From contig VGVR01000012.1 in assembly GCA_016873995.1 (NCBI GenBank), positions 11,622-75,621 on the forward strand: a DNA stretch of 64,000 bases, given 5' to 3'. Positions 29,639 to 39,189 of the stretch are shown piece by piece; positions within the stretch are counted from its first letter, which is position 1, and the number at the start of each line of letters is the position of its first letter. The translations under genes and the position numbers were made by a program. Origin of the DNA: Gemmatimonadota bacterium. GTDB lineage: Bacteria > Gemmatimonadota > Gemmatimonadetes > Longimicrobiales > Gaopeijiaceae. Below the pieces are notes generated by a model. It was not told the DNA's origin. It did not search any database and saw nothing but the letters and a program-made list of their open reading frames with translations.

Positions 29639-30251
29639 AGTCGCGCTCATCGACTACGGCCTCGGCAACCTCAGGTCGGTGGCCAAGATGCTCGCCACCA
29701 TCGGGGCGAAGGCCACGATTACGTCCGATCCAGACGTAGTCCGCCGGGCCGACAAGGTCGTCCTTCCAGGCGTCGGCGCATTTCCTAAAGCCAGGGCCAA
29801 CCTCCAAGAACTCAACCTCATTGAGGTACTCGAGGAGGTGGTGATCAAGCGGGGCAAGGCCTACCTCGGCATTTGCCTGGGAATGCAGCTGCTTGCCACC
29901 GAAAGCTTCGAGGGCGAAAGGACCGCCGGCTTCGGTTGGATTCCAGGTCGGGTACAGGCCCTCGCCAAAGGTCCGGGCCTGCGCGTTCCACACATGGGAT
30001 GGAACGACATCTCCATCAAGAGAAAGTCCGAGCTATTCACGGACTTTCACGGCAGGCCGACGTTTTACTTCACGCACACCTACAACCTGCTTTGTGAAGA
30101 CCAGCGAGACGTGGTGGCGACAACCAACTACGGCGGATCCTTCGCGGCCGCGGTCCAGAAGGACAACATCTTCGGCACCCAGTTTCATCCTGAGAAGAGC
30201 CAGACGCACGGGCGCATTCTGATGGAAAACTTCTGCCAGTGGCGGGGATAG
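29619..30251 (+). CDS. hisH: HisH-like glutamine amidotransferase subunit (glycan acetamidino module, copy 1)
   Basis: VALIDYGLGNLRSV..., catalytic GICLGMQLL, and HPEKS. GTG at 29619 is preferred over the track ATG at 29562, which lies inside the upstream gene. Start is uncertain. Confidence 0.85.
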   Translation: MTTRPIEVALIDYGLGNLRSVAKMLATIGAKATITSDPDVVRRADKVVLPGVGAFPKARANLQELNLIEVLEEVVIKRGKAYLGICLGMQLLATESFEGERTAGFGWIPGRVQALAKGPGLRVPHMGWNDISIKRKSELFTDFHGRPTFYFTHTYNLLCEDQRDVVATTNYGGSFAAAVQKDNIFGTQFHPEKSQTHGRILMENFCQWRG

Positions 30252-30254
30252 GAC

Positions 30255-31013
30255 ATGCTCTGCACCCGCATTATTCCCGTCTTGACGATCAAAGATGGGC
30301 GCATGATCAAGACGATCCAGTTCGACGTCTATCGTGATGTCGGCGATCCGGTGACGACGGCGAAGTACTACGACTCCCAGGATGTCGACGAGCTGGTCCT
30401 CCTCGATATCACAGCAACCCAAGACGGCCGCGATCCAGATTGGAGAACGCTCGAGGCGTTCGCGAACGAGTGCATGATGCCCATCACCATGGGCGGCGGC
30501 GTTCGATCGGTCGATCACGTGAGGAAGATGCTTCGGATCGGCGGCGACAAGGTCGCCCTCAACAGCTCCGCCGTTGAGGACCCTTCCCTGTTGGCCCGCG
30601 CCGCGGGAGCCTTTGGGGCCCAATGCATCGTCCTCGCCATTGACGTGCGGGCGACGGCGAGCGGATATCGGGTCTGCACTCATGGGGGCGAGCGAGCCAC
30701 GAACTTGAGTCCCGTGGATTGGGCCGTTCGGGCCAGCGAGCTCGGAGCTGGCGAGATCATCCTCACGTCGATCGATCGCGATGGCACGATGGCCGGATAC
30801 GACTTGGAGCTCCTGAAGCAGGTGACGTCGGCGGTCGATGTGCCCGTGGTCGCCGTCGGTGGCGTAGGCACGCTCCATGACATCGTCGACGGCTTCACTC
30901 AAGGTGGCGCGCACGCGCTCGGGTGCTCGAGCATCTTCCATTTCACAGACAACAAGCCGGTGAAGGCCAACGCCTTTGCCGCCGTCTCCGGGATGCACGT
31001 GCGGCATGTCTGA
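30255..31013 (+). CDS. hisF: HisF-like cyclase subunit (AglZ/HisF2-type acetamidino module, copy 1)
   Basis: 252 aa. RIIPVLTIKDGRMIKT, DELVLLDI, GGGVRS and SIDRDGTMAGYD are TIM-barrel HisF signatures. Confidence 0.9.
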   Translation: MLCTRIIPVLTIKDGRMIKTIQFDVYRDVGDPVTTAKYYDSQDVDELVLLDITATQDGRDPDWRTLEAFANECMMPITMGGGVRSVDHVRKMLRIGGDKVALNSSAVEDPSLLARAAGAFGAQCIVLAIDVRATASGYRVCTHGGERATNLSPVDWAVRASELGAGEIILTSIDRDGTMAGYDLELLKQVTSAVDVPVVAVGGVGTLHDIVDGFTQGGAHALGCSSIFHFTDNKPVKANAFAAVSGMHVRHV

Positions 31014-32490
31014 TGGCCGACCACGGCCACGGAGGACCGAGTTGAGGATCGCGTGGGTCGCTAGGGACGGGTACTCGGATCTGTTTCCGATGATCGAGCG
31101 ACGACTCGCCGAGCAACTCTCGATCGAGTCGTTCTTCCTTTGCCACACGCGCGACCAAGCCGAGCTCCTTGAGCAAGGCCACCGCATCGGCAACGTCACG
31201 GTCATCGCCAAGGCCGTGTCGGCAGTCGCGAAGGTAGAAGACCCTGCGGCCGAGCTCGAGGTCTACGCCCGGAAGTACCAGGCGGCACCGGTCATTCGGT
31301 GCCTCTGGAGCACAATGTTCGAGATGTCGATCTCGGAAGACGAGCTCGCCAAGCAGGCGCTGGCGCACTTCAAGTTCTGGGAAGCCTTCCTTACCCGGCA
31401 CCAGATCGATGTCCTCATCTACGAGCGTCCGTCGATTCTCTCGAGCTGCATCGCCTGGATCGTGTGTCAGGGTCTCGGAATCGATTCCATCGACTTCGTA
31501 GACACCGCCGTGGACACGATGACGATCACGAGCAACTGGCGCGGGGACTACGCCGAAGAGCTAGAGGAACGGCTCAACAGCGGCATCGACGAAGAGTCGG
31601 TGAGCTACGCCAGGGCGGTGGCCTATGTCGACCGGATGCTGACTCGCCCCACGAAGACCAACGAAGCGATCCTCGCGGGCGAACTTTCGGACCGGCGGGC
31701 GGAGGTGTCCGTGCGGAAGATCGTGAACGTGCTTCGCCGGATCACCGAGCACAGTGCGAAGACCGAATACTTCATGTATCGCAACTTCCTTCCCGGGCAG
31801 CTTTCCCGAGCGGCGAAGTACATCACCCGATACAACCTCCATCGGCTCTTTCCGGTCTTCGACAGACAATTAGATCCGTCCCGGGAAAAGTATTTCCTGT
31901 TCCCACTCTTCATGTCCGGAGAGTGGTCGAATCACGTCTTCATGTCTCTAGGCTACTGGGATCAGGTCGGTACGGTCCGCCACATAGCGCAATGCTTGCC
32001 GGTTGGCTCTTTCCTCTACGTGAAAGAGCACCGCAGCATGTTCGCGGAACACAGCTTCCGGTTCTACCGGGAGATCAAGAGGATTCGGAACGTGCGGCTC
32101 GTCTCTCCATTCGAGGACACATTCGGGCTCATACGCAACGCCCAGGCCGTCGTGACCCTGGGAAGCACCATGGGCTTCGAGGCCATTCTCATGGGAACGC
32201 CGGTGCTCCTCATGGGCGAGCCGTGGTACCGGGTGTTTCCGGGGCTGCGGAGGATCGACACGCCCTACCAGATGGCGTACTACATGCAGCATCTCGATGA
32301 GATCGAACGACTGTCTCGCACCGAGGCGATCAAGTTGGCGTACACGCTGTTCGATATCAGCTTCGACGCGGTCAAGATTCCACGTCCCGGCACGCTCTCC
32401 GATGAGAACGTCGGAAACTTCGTGAACGCGCTACTGAAGTACCTACCTCAGGCGGCGTCGTCTCCGTGCCCCGCTCGAGTTCGATCTTAG
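31006..32490 (+). CDS. Capsule polysaccharide biosynthesis protein, KpsS/KpsC/LpsZ-like (Capsule_synth family, tentative)
   Basis: Start reset to ATG 31006, overlapping the hisF-like stop by 8 nt. C-terminal region YFLFPLF...LYVKEH...VVTLGSTMGFEAILMGTPVLLMGEPWY resembles the KpsS/KpsC core. The TAG stop uses the TA into which the IS remnant inserted. Confidence 0.55.
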   Translation: MSDGRPRPRRTELRIAWVARDGYSDLFPMIERRLAEQLSIESFFLCHTRDQAELLEQGHRIGNVTVIAKAVSAVAKVEDPAAELEVYARKYQAAPVIRCLWSTMFEMSISEDELAKQALAHFKFWEAFLTRHQIDVLIYERPSILSSCIAWIVCQGLGIDSIDFVDTAVDTMTITSNWRGDYAEELEERLNSGIDEESVSYARAVAYVDRMLTRPTKTNEAILAGELSDRRAEVSVRKIVNVLRRITEHSAKTEYFMYRNFLPGQLSRAAKYITRYNLHRLFPVFDRQLDPSREKYFLFPLFMSGEWSNHVFMSLGYWDQVGTVRHIAQCLPVGSFLYVKEHRSMFAEHSFRFYREIKRIRNVRLVSPFEDTFGLIRNAQAVVTLGSTMGFEAILMGTPVLLMGEPWYRVFPGLRRIDTPYQMAYYMQHLDEIERLSRTEAIKLAYTLFDISFDAVKIPRPGTLSDENVGNFVNALLKYLPQAASSPCPARVRS

Positions 32491-33200
32491 TGTTCTGAAA
32501 CAGAAGTTGACATAAGTCATGCCATGTAGATTGCAGGTACCCCTACACGAGGAAGCTTATGCGCACGGGTCGCCCAAGGCCGAGTTGGTTCCCACGGGTG
32601 CGGAGCAGCGTGAGTTGGAGGCGCTGGCCAAGCGTCGACGGTCGGCGTCGGCGCTAACGCAGCGGGCGGTCAGGTGGAACGCCGGGCCCATGACTACAAG
32701 CGCCACGGCACCACGTCTCTGTACGCGACCCTGAACGTCACGTCGGGCAAGGTGACGCCGCGGACCTTCTCTCGGCAGCGGGCGCGCGAGCTGCGCACCT
32801 TCCTCAACGGGATCGACGGCAACGTGCCCGAGGAACTCGAGGTCCACGTCATCCTCGATAACGCCAGCGCCCATAAGAGCGCCCTCATCCGAAGTTGGCT
32901 CGCTCGCCATCCTGGATTCCACTTCCACTACCGCCCACCTATGCATCGTGGACGAACCTAGCCGAACGCTGGTTCTCGGCCCTGACCACCAAGCAACTCC
33001 GCCGCGATGGGCACCGCAGCGTGCGCGAACTCGTCGCCGCGATCCGCGAGTTCATCGATGTCCATAACCGGACCGGCACGCCCTACCTTTGTGTCAAGAC
33101 CGCCGATGAGATCCTCGCCAGCATAGCCCGCCTCGCTCTGCGCACACACAAGGCTCACGGAGCCTCATGACTCATGCCACGAATCACTGTTACAGGGCAC
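32490..33200 (+). mobile_element. Decayed IS630-family element (711 bp) with imperfect terminal repeats and flanking TA/TA
   Basis: Left end TA|GTGTTCTGAAACAG (32488-), right end CACTGTTACAGGGCAC|TA (-33202). By eye, 14 of the first 18 terminal positions match. It is about 460 bp shorter than the intact copy. Confidence 0.7.
32559..33170 (+). pseudogene. IS630-family transposase pseudogene (frameshifts plus internal deletion)
   Basis: Three frame fragments: (M)RTGRP/KAELVPTGAEQRELEALAKRRRSASALTQRA (HTH part); then a jump to HDYKRHGTTSLYATLNVTSGKV...VILDNASAHKS...RHPGFHFHY; then a shift to ASWTNLAERWF...ADEILASIARL. Collinear with residues of the intact copy at 22387-23511 but lacking the middle of the protein. 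Confidence 0.8.
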
Positions 33201-33218
33201 TAGGCGGGGCCCCCTGCC

Positions 33219-34523
33219 CTAGTCCAGGGGACGCGCAACGTGCGGGTCGACGCTGCTCGCCGCACGGTGAGCTAGCCAGAGGACGACCCCGTAGTTGATC
33301 GCCTGGATCGCGAGGTTCGCGTACGCGTACCAGATGAGCGGGCGCCCCTCCCTGGACACAGCCACGTATATCCCGAAACCGAGAACCGTCACCCCGACGG
33401 ATCCAACCAGGAGTTGGAACTGCTGATCTGCCGCGCTGAGCACGATGCCGATCACGTTCGCCGCGATCAGCACCCCGCTCACGTAGAAGACGAGGACCAT
33501 GTCGAGGCCGCTGACGTACTCGGGCAGCCACCGATCGAAAACGAGGCGCGCGAGCGGTGTGACTAGCGGGCTGAGGAGCAGCAACGGGATCGCGACTGAG
33601 AGCGACGACTTCAAAGCTCGACGATAGACGTCGCTGAGGTCTCGATTCGCCCCGAAGTCGAAAAGAAGCTTCGGCCCGACGTACTGACCCAGGATCCCGC
33701 TCCCGATGATCCCCAGCGTCATGGGCATGGAAGCCATCTGGTAGATGCCGACTTCGCTGGGCGTAGCGAACTTGATGAGGAAGAGCCTATCCATGCCCAT
33801 CATGAGACTCGTGACCACGCCAGCGAGCATGAGTGGCGCGCCGACTCGGATGAGGTGCACGAGGTCCGAGCGGTCGACATGCAAGTAGTTCGCTGGCTGC
33901 AACCACAACAGCGTCACGATGAAGAACGTCAGGACGTTGACCATTACGATCGCGAGAATCGGGCCCCGATACGCGAGCCACGGGATGGCCCAATAGCCGA
34001 ACACCAGCATCAGAAGTGCGGTGAGGGCTTGAAGCGCGGCGAACTCGACCACAAGCTGCAAGGCACGCATCCGGAGGAACACCAGCTGAAGGAAGGGCGC
34101 CGACAGCGCCAGCACTCCCCCAAAGAGAAAGGCGTTCCCGATCAGCTCGTCGTCAAACGGAACCATCGATAGGACCACCACGTAGAGCAGGAAGCCGATT
34201 CCCTGCATGACGACGAGCGATGTCGTGGTCAGTCCTACCAGGTTTGCTGCTACGTCCGTGCCACCCGCTCCCAGGCGAATCGGCAACTCGCGATTCAAGC
34301 CGTTCATGACTCCGAGCTGGAAGAACATTCCATAGGCGGCAATGCTCGTGGCCACGGCGTAGTAGCCCATCTGCTCTGGACCGAGGCCCGCGCCGAACGC
34401 GACGGATCGAGCGAACGAGAGCGCTACCGCGCACCCCATGAGGAATACGTAGATCAGCTCGCGGCTGCCCACGCCGAGTAGGAACGCCTTCGACGCGCCG
34501 GCATTCTGGCCGCGGTCGCTCAA
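33219..34523 (-). CDS. wzx: Oligosaccharide flippase (Wzx / MOP-superfamily polysaccharide biosynthesis protein)
   Basis: 434 aa with about 12 or more hydrophobic segments. The N-terminal region is typical of polysaccharide-biosynthesis flippases. Supported by glycan-cluster context. Confidence 0.7.
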   Translation of the reverse strand: MSDRGQNAGASKAFLLGVGSRELIYVFLMGCAVALSFARSVAFGAGLGPEQMGYYAVATSIAAYGMFFQLGVMNGLNRELPIRLGAGGTDVAANLVGLTTTSLVVMQGIGFLLYVVVLSMVPFDDELIGNAFLFGGVLALSAPFLQLVFLRMRALQLVVEFAALQALTALLMLVFGYWAIPWLAYRGPILAIVMVNVLTFFIVTLLWLQPANYLHVDRSDLVHLIRVGAPLMLAGVVTSLMMGMDRLFLIKFATPSEVGIYQMASMPMTLGIIGSGILGQYVGPKLLFDFGANRDLSDVYRRALKSSLSVAIPLLLLSPLVTPLARLVFDRWLPEYVSGLDMVLVFYVSGVLIAANVIGIVLSAADQQFQLLVGSVGVTVLGFGIYVAVSREGRPLIWYAYANLAIQAINYGVVLWLAHRAASSVDPHVARPLD

Positions 34524-35305
34524 CTAACCTCGTAGTCCTCGCCAGCGTACATGCGCACGGGAATCCCCGCTCGCGCGAGGGCCCCCTTCACCATATTGGG
34601 CGTGTACTTGGTGTAGTGATAGAAACTCCCGGCGGCGGCGGCCGACGCACCCCCCTCCTTCACCGCCCTCACGAAGTCCTCCAGGGATCCCGCACCGCCG
34701 CACGCAATGACTGGGACGCTCACTTCGTCTGACACCGACCGAATCAGGTCGAGGTCATAGCCCTTCAACATCCCTTCGTGCAGGATCGAGTTGATGAGGA
34801 TCTCGCCCGCTCCGCGCTCTTGGACCTCCCGGGCCCATGCGACTGGATCGAGGCCGGTGGGATGTGATCCGCTGCGTGTGTAGACCTGGTAGCGACCGTC
34901 GTCCTCCTTGCGGGCATCGATGGACACGAGGATGCATTGAGATCCGAAGCGGCGCGCACCGTCGCCGATCAGCTCGGGCGTCTCCACCGCCGCGGTGTTG
35001 ATCGAGACCTTCTCGGCTCCAGCCTGAATGATCTCGCGCATGGTGTTCGTGGAGCGGATGCCGCCACCAAACGCGAATGGCACGAAAAGCTCCTCGGCGA
35101 TGCTGCGTACGAGGTCTGGATCGACTTCCTCCTTGTCGATCGTCAGGCCGCGATCCAAGAGGATCAGCTCGTCGACCTGGCGCTCCTCGAACACCCTCAC
35201 GATCGAGGTCGGATTCGCAACCGTCCGCGGATTCCTGAACTGAACAGGCTTCTTCAGCAGCCCGTCCTGGACAATAAGGACCGGAATGACCCTCGTCTTA
35301 AGCAC
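34520..35305 (-). CDS. hisF: HisF-like cyclase subunit (acetamidino module, copy 2)
   Basis: 261 aa. [35 protein letters not shown]. Confidence 0.9.
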   Translation of the reverse strand: MLKTRVIPVLIVQDGLLKKPVQFRNPRTVANPTSIVRVFEERQVDELILLDRGLTIDKEEVDPDLVRSIAEELFVPFAFGGGIRSTNTMREIIQAGAEKVSINTAAVETPELIGDGARRFGSQCILVSIDARKEDDGRYQVYTRSGSHPTGLDPVAWAREVQERGAGEILINSILHEGMLKGYDLDLIRSVSDEVSVPVIACGGAGSLEDFVRAVKEGGASAAAAGSFYHYTKYTPNMVKGALARAGIPVRMYAGEDYEVS

Positions 35306-35933
35306 GGGTACGGCAGTACCGCAAGAAGTTGTCGAGGATCTTCAGGCCGAAACGCTGACTCTTCTCGGGATGGAATTGCACCGCAAAGATGGGCGCCCGC
35401 TCCACCGCCGCGGTGAAGCCTCCCGCGAACGGACAGGTGGCGGCCACAACGGATTCGTCCATGCACACGGCATGGTAGCTGTGCACGAAATACACGTCGG
35501 GCGTAGAGGGGAGCCCCTCGAACAGAACCGTGCCGGGGCGGTGACGCACCTCGTTCCACCCTATGTGCGGCAGCCGGAACCCGGGCTCATCGGACTCCAG
35601 CAAGCGTATCGACATCGGTAGGAGCCCGAGACCAGGTGCCGGGCCACCCTCTTCTCCGTCCTGGGCGACGAGCTGCATCCCCATGCAGATGCCGAGCAAC
35701 GCGCTTCTCCGCTCGAGAACCGCTTCCCGTATCGCTCCGTCTAATCCGCGCGACGTGAGCCCGCGCATGCCATCCTGAAAATGGCCGACCCCAGGAAGCA
35801 CGAGCGCTTCCGCCCGGGAGATCTCGTCCGGAGAGCTGGATATGACCGCACGCCCGCCCAAGTGTTCGATCGCCTTCTGGACGTTCCTGAGGTTCCCGGC
35901 CCCGTAGTTGATGATCGTCAGAGCCGACGACAT
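35298..35933 (-). CDS. hisH: HisH-like glutamine amidotransferase subunit (acetamidino module, copy 2)
   Basis: 211 aa. LTIINYGAGNLRNV, GICMGMQL, FHPEKS. Confidence 0.9.
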   Translation of the reverse strand: MSSALTIINYGAGNLRNVQKAIEHLGGRAVISSSPDEISRAEALVLPGVGHFQDGMRGLTSRGLDGAIREAVLERRSALLGICMGMQLVAQDGEEGGPAPGLGLLPMSIRLLESDEPGFRLPHIGWNEVRHRPGTVLFEGLPSTPDVYFVHSYHAVCMDESVVAATCPFAGGFTAAVERAPIFAVQFHPEKSQRFGLKILDNFLRYCRTRA

Positions 35934-35940
35934 GCGCGCC

Positions 35941-37146
35941 TTACGACACCGGCTCGAGCACCCAATCCGCTACCGGGTTGCGGCGAGCGTCTCGGATCCG
36001 CTCCTTCAGAACGAGGCTGCCATCGACGTCGCGAACCAGCTCCCCGCCGTCGCGCACGAATAGCGCCTTGTTCGTAAACCCGTCGCAGATCTGATCGAAC
36101 TCCGCGCGCGGCATACCGAAATGCTCGCAGAACACCTCGACGCACTCCTTCGGATAGCTACCGTCGTAGCGGTCGACCAGACGCACCGCTTCCTCTCGTG
36201 AAATCGTGCCGTTCCGAACCTGAATCGAGGCGGAGTCAGTCGCCCGCCCGTACCCGTACTTCAGGTACTTTAGGTAGTCGTGGAGGTTCATCGAGAGGCA
36301 GTCGAGCTTTTCGTGATCGGTGTACGAGACCTCGATGCGGCCGCGCCTCCGCCTGAATCCCATCTTCTCGATGATGTCGAGGTTCTCCTCGGTGTTCCAT
36401 TTCACGTAATAGCCCATGAAGACGCCCATCCCACCCCACTGGGCGACGGCTTCTTTGCTCGGGTACACGTACATCTTCACGTCGCGCAGCGTGATGCCCG
36501 TGTTCTCCGAAACGAGGTCCTGCGGTCGAAGCCCGTTCAGGCATCCGTAGTCATTCAGCCAGTCCTCGTTGAAGACGCGTCGGTTCATCTCCGACACCGT
36601 CTCCGCCCCTCCGTACTCCATTTGAGGTGACTCTCCCCACAGGATCAACGGGATGTCGAAATTAATCGCCACGTGGACCGGAATGCTCCAGATGCCCATG
36701 TGGTTGGCCCACTCCATGTCGCCCACACGCTTGAAGCCCTCGATAATCATCTTCTCGTACGTGATCGGGTCGCGTTTGAAGTGCAACACGTCCACCCCAA
36801 GCTTGCTGATGTTGGCGAGGTTGGCCCGGCCGATCTCCGTCGGAAGCGTCGGCTCGAAGCACACGCACAGCGGGTTGAGATCGTACACCTGCGTGGCGTA
36901 GTACAGCGTTAGATGGCTGTCTTTACCGCCGCTGACGGGAATCACGCAGTCGTACTTCAGCGGATCGCTTGGACGACGACTGGCGATCAGCGCTTCGAAC
37001 TCCTTCCCTTTTGCGTTCCAGTCCACGCTGTCGGCGTGCTGACCGTGCTTCTTCTGATAGGAACGGCAGGCGTCGCACACGCCCTCGTCGTCGAAGCGGA
37101 GATCGGGCCGCGTATCCGGCGTCACACAACTCGTACAGAATCTCAT
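35941..37146 (-). CDS. N-acetyl sugar amidotransferase (WbpG/LfnA-like), copy 2
   Basis: 401 aa. MRFCTSCVTPDTRP...GVCDACRS zinc ribbon and the PP-loop SGGKDS. Confidence 0.85.
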   Translation of the reverse strand: MRFCTSCVTPDTRPDLRFDDEGVCDACRSYQKKHGQHADSVDWNAKGKEFEALIASRRPSDPLKYDCVIPVSGGKDSHLTLYYATQVYDLNPLCVCFEPTLPTEIGRANLANISKLGVDVLHFKRDPITYEKMIIEGFKRVGDMEWANHMGIWSIPVHVAINFDIPLILWGESPQMEYGGAETVSEMNRRVFNEDWLNDYGCLNGLRPQDLVSENTGITLRDVKMYVYPSKEAVAQWGGMGVFMGYYVKWNTEENLDIIEKMGFRRRRGRIEVSYTDHEKLDCLSMNLHDYLKYLKYGYGRATDSASIQVRNGTISREEAVRLVDRYDGSYPKECVEVFCEHFGMPRAEFDQICDGFTNKALFVRDGGELVRDVDGSLVLKERIRDARRNPVADWVLEPVS

Positions 37147-37158
37147 GTCCTGATCACA

Positions 37159-37968
37159 TCACGTGATAGTCTGCAGGGTCCCGTCGGGACTCTCGAACTC
37201 GAGTCGCGACTTCGCGCGTGTCCGATTCCAGTACTCCTCGTCCAACTGCGAGTTGATTTTCATCACCGCGGGGTTCGCCCGGAGGTACGGCACGAACTCG
37301 TCTAATCCGAAAATCTCGCCCGGCCTATAGAGCGCCTGGAAGATCCGTCGGAAGACCTCGAAATCCTCGGGATAGTCGAGCGTCAGCCGAGCCTCGTCGA
37401 GTTGGTGGTTTGGGCCCTCCGCCCGCACGACGTCCCTCTTCACCAAGCCGGTCTTAGTAAAATAGTAGATAAACCCCGTATCGTTCCGTTCCGAGCGATA
37501 GTGTCCCAGGACGACGTCCATCGCTGAGCGAGTGAAGCTCTTGCAGTTCACCCCCAAGGGCAGGCCCTCCGACAGCACGATGCCAAGCTCGGGCTTCGAC
37601 CGGAGAAAGTCCATCGTCCGATCCATGTACTCCGTATCCGTGAGGGGATCGTCACCGTCCACCTGGATGACGGCGTCGAATCCGAAATGCTTGATCGCGT
37701 CGGCGAAGCGCTTGATGATGTCGTCGCGGGAGCCTCTGAAAACCGAGCATCCATACCGCTCGACACAGTCCACCAACGGCAGGTCCGAATCATCCTCGGT
37801 AGTGCAGACCACCACATCCCTCTTCGACTCCACGTTGCGGGCTGCACAGACCCTGTCGAGAAGATGCCACACGACCGGACGCCCACTGAGATCCATGAGT
37901 GCCTTGCCGGGAAGTCGCTCGGAAGCGAGGCGGATCGGGATCAGGGCCCCGATTCTGTCAGCGCTCAT
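37159..37968 (-). CDS. Cytidylyltransferase, SpsF-like (CTP_transf_3 family)
   Basis: Start reset to MSADRIGALIPIRLASERLPGKAL (ATG 37968), overlapping the upstream stop as ATGA. The track N-extension is Arg-rich and overlaps the aminotransferase gene. Confidence 0.75.
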   Translation of the reverse strand: MSADRIGALIPIRLASERLPGKALMDLSGRPVVWHLLDRVCAARNVESKRDVVVCTTEDDSDLPLVDCVERYGCSVFRGSRDDIIKRFADAIKHFGFDAVIQVDGDDPLTDTEYMDRTMDFLRSKPELGIVLSEGLPLGVNCKSFTRSAMDVVLGHYRSERNDTGFIYYFTKTGLVKRDVVRAEGPNHQLDEARLTLDYPEDFEVFRRIFQALYRPGEIFGLDEFVPYLRANPAVMKINSQLDEEYWNRTRAKSRLEFESPDGTLQTIT

Positions 37969-39179
37969 GCGCGCCGGCAACTCTTGTCGAGCTCGCGAAT
38001 GGCGCGCTTCATGGCCTCGACCTTCGGTAGCGCCTCGTCGGTACTCCCGTAATTGTTCACGAATTGCATGAGCTTCGGCTGAACCTCGTTTGCGATCGGG
38101 AACTTCGCGCGATCGAAGACGACATCGCGGTAGTAGGCTGGGGCACGACGCTTCCACTCTCCCGAGGCACAGATCGTCTCGTCGTACAGAAGGGCCCACG
38201 CTGCATAGATGCCATCCCCGCCACACTCGATGTACTTATCCCGGAAGTCGTACCAGGAGATGTCGTCCCGTTCCATGGACACGGTGTAGCACCAATACAC
38301 GCTCTCGGAATGGCTCGGGATCGCCTGCGGAATCAAGTAGTCGCAAGTCGACACCGCCTCCTCGTACATCGCGGCGATCTCCCTGCGAATCTTGATGAAA
38401 AAGTCCATGCGCTCGGTCTGCGCCAACCCCAGCGCGGCGGCAACCTCGGGCATGCGGTAGTTGCAGCCGTACGCATCGTGCCGTTTGTAATTGGGATCTT
38501 GAAATATCAGCTTGTTGTTGCGAATACGACCATCCTGTGCTTTCAGCGCAGCGTATCCGAGGCTGCCGAACTTGCGACATTTCGCCGCGTGGCCTGCATC
38601 GTTCGTCACGATGATGCCGCCGTCGCCCGTGGTGATGTGCTTCGAGTTCTCGAGGCTATAGCTGGTGATCGCCGCCCACTCCGCTATCGGGCGCCCTTTG
38701 TATTTCGCCATGTGAGCCTGTGCGGCATCGTGCACCACCGCGATGCCGTGTTCGTCGGCGATCTCGTCGAAAGCATCGAGGTCGCACGGCACTCCGTAGA
38801 GCGACACCGGCATGATCGCCTTCGTCTTCTTGGTGATAGCCTTCCTGACCGCGTCCGGATCGATATTGAACGTGTCGCGTTGAATATCCGCGAAGACCGG
38901 TACCGCGTTCTGGGCCAAAATGACGTCGAAGTTGCTGATGACCGTCAGGGGCGTCGTGATCACCTCGTCCCCCGGGCCCACCCCGACGGCGTCCAGCGCC
39001 GCGTGCAGCGTGCTGGTCCCAGAATTGAAGGTTACCGCGTACTTGGCGCCCACCTTCTCTGCAAATGCCGCCTCGAAGCGCGTGTTCATGCTCCCCGAAG
39101 TCGAGGAGCCGAAACCCGAATCGAGCACTTCTCGAACGTACTGGAACTCCAGCTCACCGAACCGCCACGTGTTTTTCAC
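37965..39179 (-). CDS. DegT/DnrJ/EryC1/StrS-family PLP-dependent sugar aminotransferase
   Basis: 404 aa. FNSGTSTLHAAL, HDAAQAH, and the SYSLENSKHITTGDGG lysine region. Confidence 0.85.
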   Translation of the reverse strand: MKNTWRFGELEFQYVREVLDSGFGSSTSGSMNTRFEAAFAEKVGAKYAVTFNSGTSTLHAALDAVGVGPGDEVITTPLTVISNFDVILAQNAVPVFADIQRDTFNIDPDAVRKAITKKTKAIMPVSLYGVPCDLDAFDEIADEHGIAVVHDAAQAHMAKYKGRPIAEWAAITSYSLENSKHITTGDGGIIVTNDAGHAAKCRKFGSLGYAALKAQDGRIRNNKLIFQDPNYKRHDAYGCNYRMPEVAAALGLAQTERMDFFIKIRREIAAMYEEAVSTCDYLIPQAIPSHSESVYWCYTVSMERDDISWYDFRDKYIECGGDGIYAAWALLYDETICASGEWKRRAPAYYRDVVFDRAKFPIANEVQPKLMQFVNNYGSTDEALPKVEAMKRAIRELDKSCRRA

Positions 39180-39189
39180 CTGGAAGCGC

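Noticed and set aside
30033-31211. 392-aa minus-strand ORF overlapping the HisH/HisF-like genes
   Set aside because: It is antisense to two well-supported plus-strand genes and has no motifs.
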